DNA of 64,000 nucleotides from Bdellovibrionales bacterium (GTDB lineage Bacteria; Bdellovibrionota; Bdellovibrionia; Bdellovibrionales; JAUICD01): NCBI GenBank assembly GCA_965203275.1, contig OZ241865.1, positions 800,001 to 864,000 of the forward strand, read 5' to 3'. Shown piece by piece: positions 61,145 to 64,000 of this stretch (position 1 is its first letter; each line of letters starts with the position of its first letter). The notes under the pieces were generated by a model. It saw only the letters and a program-made list of their open reading frames with translations, ran no database searches and was not told where the DNA came from. The position numbers and the translations under genes were made by a program.

Positions 61145-62299
61145 ATGAAGAAAAAACATTTACAAGGGAGCATTTGCGATACAGTTATGATTTACATAGA
61201 TAATAATGCCAGCACCAGGCTTTCAAAAAGAGTTCAAGATTATGTTCAAAACTCCATGACCTCTGCATTTGCTAATGCTTCCTCAGAACATATCCTCGGT
61301 CAAAATCAAAAACAAATCATAGAAGATGACAGAAAGTACATTGCAGAATATCTTAACGTGAGCCAAAAAAATATTTATTTTACTAGTGGTGCAACAGAAT
61401 CCATTAACAGCATTCTCAATCCTTTGTTTTTTCAAGACCAAGCTATTTCCACTGTGATCACATCTCCCCTAGAACATAAGGCTGTGATCAGTTGTGTGGA
61501 AAGACTGAAAAAATACAACATCAAAATACTTCATATTAAGAACGACTCTAATGGTATCCTATCCTTAGATCATCTTAAAGCCACAGTTAAAGCCAATCCT
61601 CAATCACTTGTGACTATCCTAGGAGTCAATAACGAAACAGGAGTCTACCAAGATATCAAGCAGATCACAGATATATGTAAGGAGTATGCATGTCTTATAC
61701 ACCTTGACGCTGTTCAGATGTTGGGTAAGGTGCAAGTAGATCTTTTAGACTTAGATGTTGATTACGCGAGTTTTTCTGCTCATAAGATAGGAGGGCTTAA
61801 AGGCATAGGAGTTATTTACATTAAAAATCCAGATCAATTTACCCCTTTTATGGTAGGTGGAGGGCAGGAGCAGAATATAAGAAATGGCACTTATAACGTA
61901 CATGGGATCAAAAGCTTGAGGCTAGCCCTAGAAGATACAAAACAATGGAATATTGTAAAAATGCAAGAATTAAAAGACATCTTTGAAGCTCAAGTGCAGA
62001 AGCTTCATTCTGAGATTCGTATCAACTGTAAAGATGCAAATAGAGTTTGCAATACTTCCAATGTTTTTTTTCCAAGCATTCCAGGTCCAGCTCTTCTTTT
62101 AAAGTTATCTTTAGAGGATATCTTTATCTCTCAAGGATCTGCTTGTAGTCCAGGGAGTACACAACCTAGTCATGTGATTTGTAGCTTAGGTTTTTCAAAA
62201 GATTATGCATCCTCTTGTGTGAGATTTTCTTTTGCATACGAAAATACATTAGAAGAAATAAATCAAACAATAAAAGTTTTAAGCAATCTATATAAGTAG
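61145..62299 (+). CDS. Cysteine desulfurase (IscS/DndA/SspA-like; likely start ~61187)
   Basis: IYIDNNAST, FTSGATESIN, NNETG, HLDAVQ, SAHKIGG, SQGSACS. Confidence 0.93.
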   Translation: MKKKHLQGSICDTVMIYIDNNASTRLSKRVQDYVQNSMTSAFANASSEHILGQNQKQIIEDDRKYIAEYLNVSQKNIYFTSGATESINSILNPLFFQDQAISTVITSPLEHKAVISCVERLKKYNIKILHIKNDSNGILSLDHLKATVKANPQSLVTILGVNNETGVYQDIKQITDICKEYACLIHLDAVQMLGKVQVDLLDLDVDYASFSAHKIGGLKGIGVIYIKNPDQFTPFMVGGGQEQNIRNGTYNVHGIKSLRLALEDTKQWNIVKMQELKDIFEAQVQKLHSEIRINCKDANRVCNTSNVFFPSIPGPALLLKLSLEDIFISQGSACSPGSTQPSHVICSLGFSKDYASSCVRFSFAYENTLEEINQTIKVLSNLYK

Positions 62300-62592
62300 T
62301 TGCCTTTGAATACTGTGAATATAATGTAGCCTCTTTAGCTAGTTTTGACTCTGTAATGGTTTACTAAATAAATAATACTTTGTTAAAGATATTCAGCTAG
62401 CATTAAATAAAACAACAAAAATAAAAGAACAAATAGTCGGGGTTGCATTTTGTTGCAAGTGTGATAAACTTAAGTAAGATATCAAAGGAAGTAACAAAAG
62501 AAGTAATAAAAGGAAGCAACCAAACAACAAGCAACCTTAATAGCAACAGTCTTTAGACGATATTAATATTTTTTTAAAAAAGAGATCAATTT

Positions 62593-63102
62593 ATGAAAAC
62601 TATTGTATTATTCCGTCACGGTCCACCAGAAGATGCTACAAGTTGGATGCAACAAGGCAAAGAGGAATCCCAACGTCCCTTGACAGAAGATGGTAAAAAT
62701 ATAACTTGGAAAGCTTCTGAAGGATTAAAGAAAATCTTAAATTTACAGAATTATCTTATTTGTTCTAGTCCTTATACAAGAGCTTTACAAACAGCAAACA
62801 TTCTTAAAAATACACTGCAAAACTCTCAGGATATTCATATTTTAGAATGTCTAACCCCCCATGGCCGTCCTCAAGATCTTGCTCGTTTGATTTCTTCTTA
62901 CTCACAAGACATATTGATTTTAGTAGGGCATCAACCTCATTTATCCCGCCTAGGAGGGCATCTGCTATTTCAAGAAGAAATAGCTCCTTGTTTGCCTATT
63001 AAAAGGGCCGGTGCTTTGTGTTTAACTATAAATGAAAATGAAGAAACAGGACAAATGCTTTGGTTTATGACACCTCAACAATTAGGGCTATTAAGTCAAT
63101 AA
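62593..63102 (+). CDS. sixA: SixA-like phosphohistidine phosphatase
   Basis: LFRHG, RPLT..G, SSPYTRALQTA, LVGHQP. Confidence 0.85.
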   Translation: MKTIVLFRHGPPEDATSWMQQGKEESQRPLTEDGKNITWKASEGLKKILNLQNYLICSSPYTRALQTANILKNTLQNSQDIHILECLTPHGRPQDLARLISSYSQDILILVGHQPHLSRLGGHLLFQEEIAPCLPIKRAGALCLTINENEETGQMLWFMTPQQLGLLSQ

Positions 63103-63152
63103 ACTTATTTCAGGTAAGATAAAGTAAAATAAAATAATAATGAGGTGGAAAT

Positions 63153-63773
63153 ATGCGGGTGATTGGAGGAATATTTAAAAGTAGACGACTGGCTTCCATC
63201 AAAAGTACGTCACGTCAAAACTCCCATACTACTAAAAGCCCTCATGCCAAAGACCACTTTCTCAAAGGTTCTTATCTACGTCCCACATCAGATCGAGTTA
63301 AAGAAAGCATTTTTAATATTTTAGCTGATCACCTAAATGGTGCTATTGTTTTGGATCTTTTTGCAGGAACAGGTAGTCTTTCTATAGAAGCACTCTCACG
63401 GGGAGCCAAGTATATTATAGCTATCGAAAATAATACCCAATCTCTTAAAATTATCAACAAAAACTTAAATAACTTGCAGATCACACAACGAGAAATTTGT
63501 GTCCTTAAAAAAGATGTCTTTACTTTTTTAAAGAGATATAACAAAAGTCTTCAGTTTGATCTTGTCTTTATTGACCCTCCTTTTACTCAAAAACTTGCTG
63601 ATCTTATAATGAAACAACTTGCTAATAGCACTGTTTTGAAAAGAGAAACTATGGTGGTCATAGAAAGCAGTCGATATGAAACAATAGCCGATAGCTATGG
63701 TCAATTATGTCTTTTAGATAGACGTGATTTTGGAGATAAGTGGGTTTCTTTTTTTCAAATTAAAAATTTATAA
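63153..63773 (+). CDS. rsmD: 16S rRNA m2G966 methyltransferase
   Basis: MRVIGG, LRPTSDRVKESIFN, LDLFAGTGSL.IEALSRGA, FIDPPF. Confidence 0.93.
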   Translation: MRVIGGIFKSRRLASIKSTSRQNSHTTKSPHAKDHFLKGSYLRPTSDRVKESIFNILADHLNGAIVLDLFAGTGSLSIEALSRGAKYIIAIENNTQSLKIINKNLNNLQITQREICVLKKDVFTFLKRYNKSLQFDLVFIDPPFTQKLADLIMKQLANSTVLKRETMVVIESSRYETIADSYGQLCLLDRRDFGDKWVSFFQIKNL

Positions 63774-63851
63774 AAAATCTCAGTCACTCTATGAATTGTA
63801 AACAATGAAATTTCTACAAATCAAAAATCATCTTTCACATTCAGGAAGGCT

Positions 63852-63902
63852 ACATAGCAGAACTGCATAGCAGGTACTGCACAGCAGATATTACACAGCA
63901 GA
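63852..63902. repeat. Short 13-14-bp tandem repeat (CAYAGCAG...) x4
   Basis: CATAGCAGAACTG CATAGCAGGTACTG CACAGCAGATATTA CACAGCAGA. Confidence 0.7.
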
Positions 63903-64000
63903 TTAATTTCTTTTAGAGCTTGCTTGCTACAAAAGCAAGTTAAGCTTTGAACTTCTCTAAATGACGATGAGCTTCATGTAATGCTGACTGCGTGTTGATC

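Noticed and set aside
62484..62550. Degenerate ~12-bp AAAGGAAGTAAC-like repeats upstream of sixA
   Set aside because: Too short and degenerate to assign a function.

Overview
AT-rich bacterial chromosome segment, most likely Bdellovibrionota. This is inferred from the tmRNA tag GNDYALAA, FQNC/YQNC-type lipoproteins and gene content. Housekeeping genes (ligA, leuS, recA, prfA, hemW, cox subunits I/III/IV, zapA, 5-FTHF cyclo-ligase, rsmD, three tRNAs, tmRNA) alternate with orphan secreted proteins: two ankyrin proteins, a Cys-rich lipoprotein, a degenerate Clp-like protein, and a signal-peptide protein with six tandem HTH repeats. A giant prepilin-like/vWA ORF missing from the ORF track has a 19-nt poly-C tract in its 5' end. 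From about 3.5 to 44.5 kb, most large intergenic gaps are filled with mosaic arrays of a few structured repeat modules, roughly 9-10 kb by eye. The modules show extensive compensatory base changes and are joined at a shared palindromic core, TTCCTTAAC-ATNNN-GTYAA. One array carries a four-helix-bundle gene whose RBS and start are locked in a long hairpin. The region 51.2-62.3 kb is an SspABCD-SspE-type phosphorothioate defence locus. It is interrupted between sspC and sspD by a 4x tandem repeat of the sspC 3' end and a lytic-transglycosylase/lipoprotein pair. All calls are from reading motifs; no searches were run.
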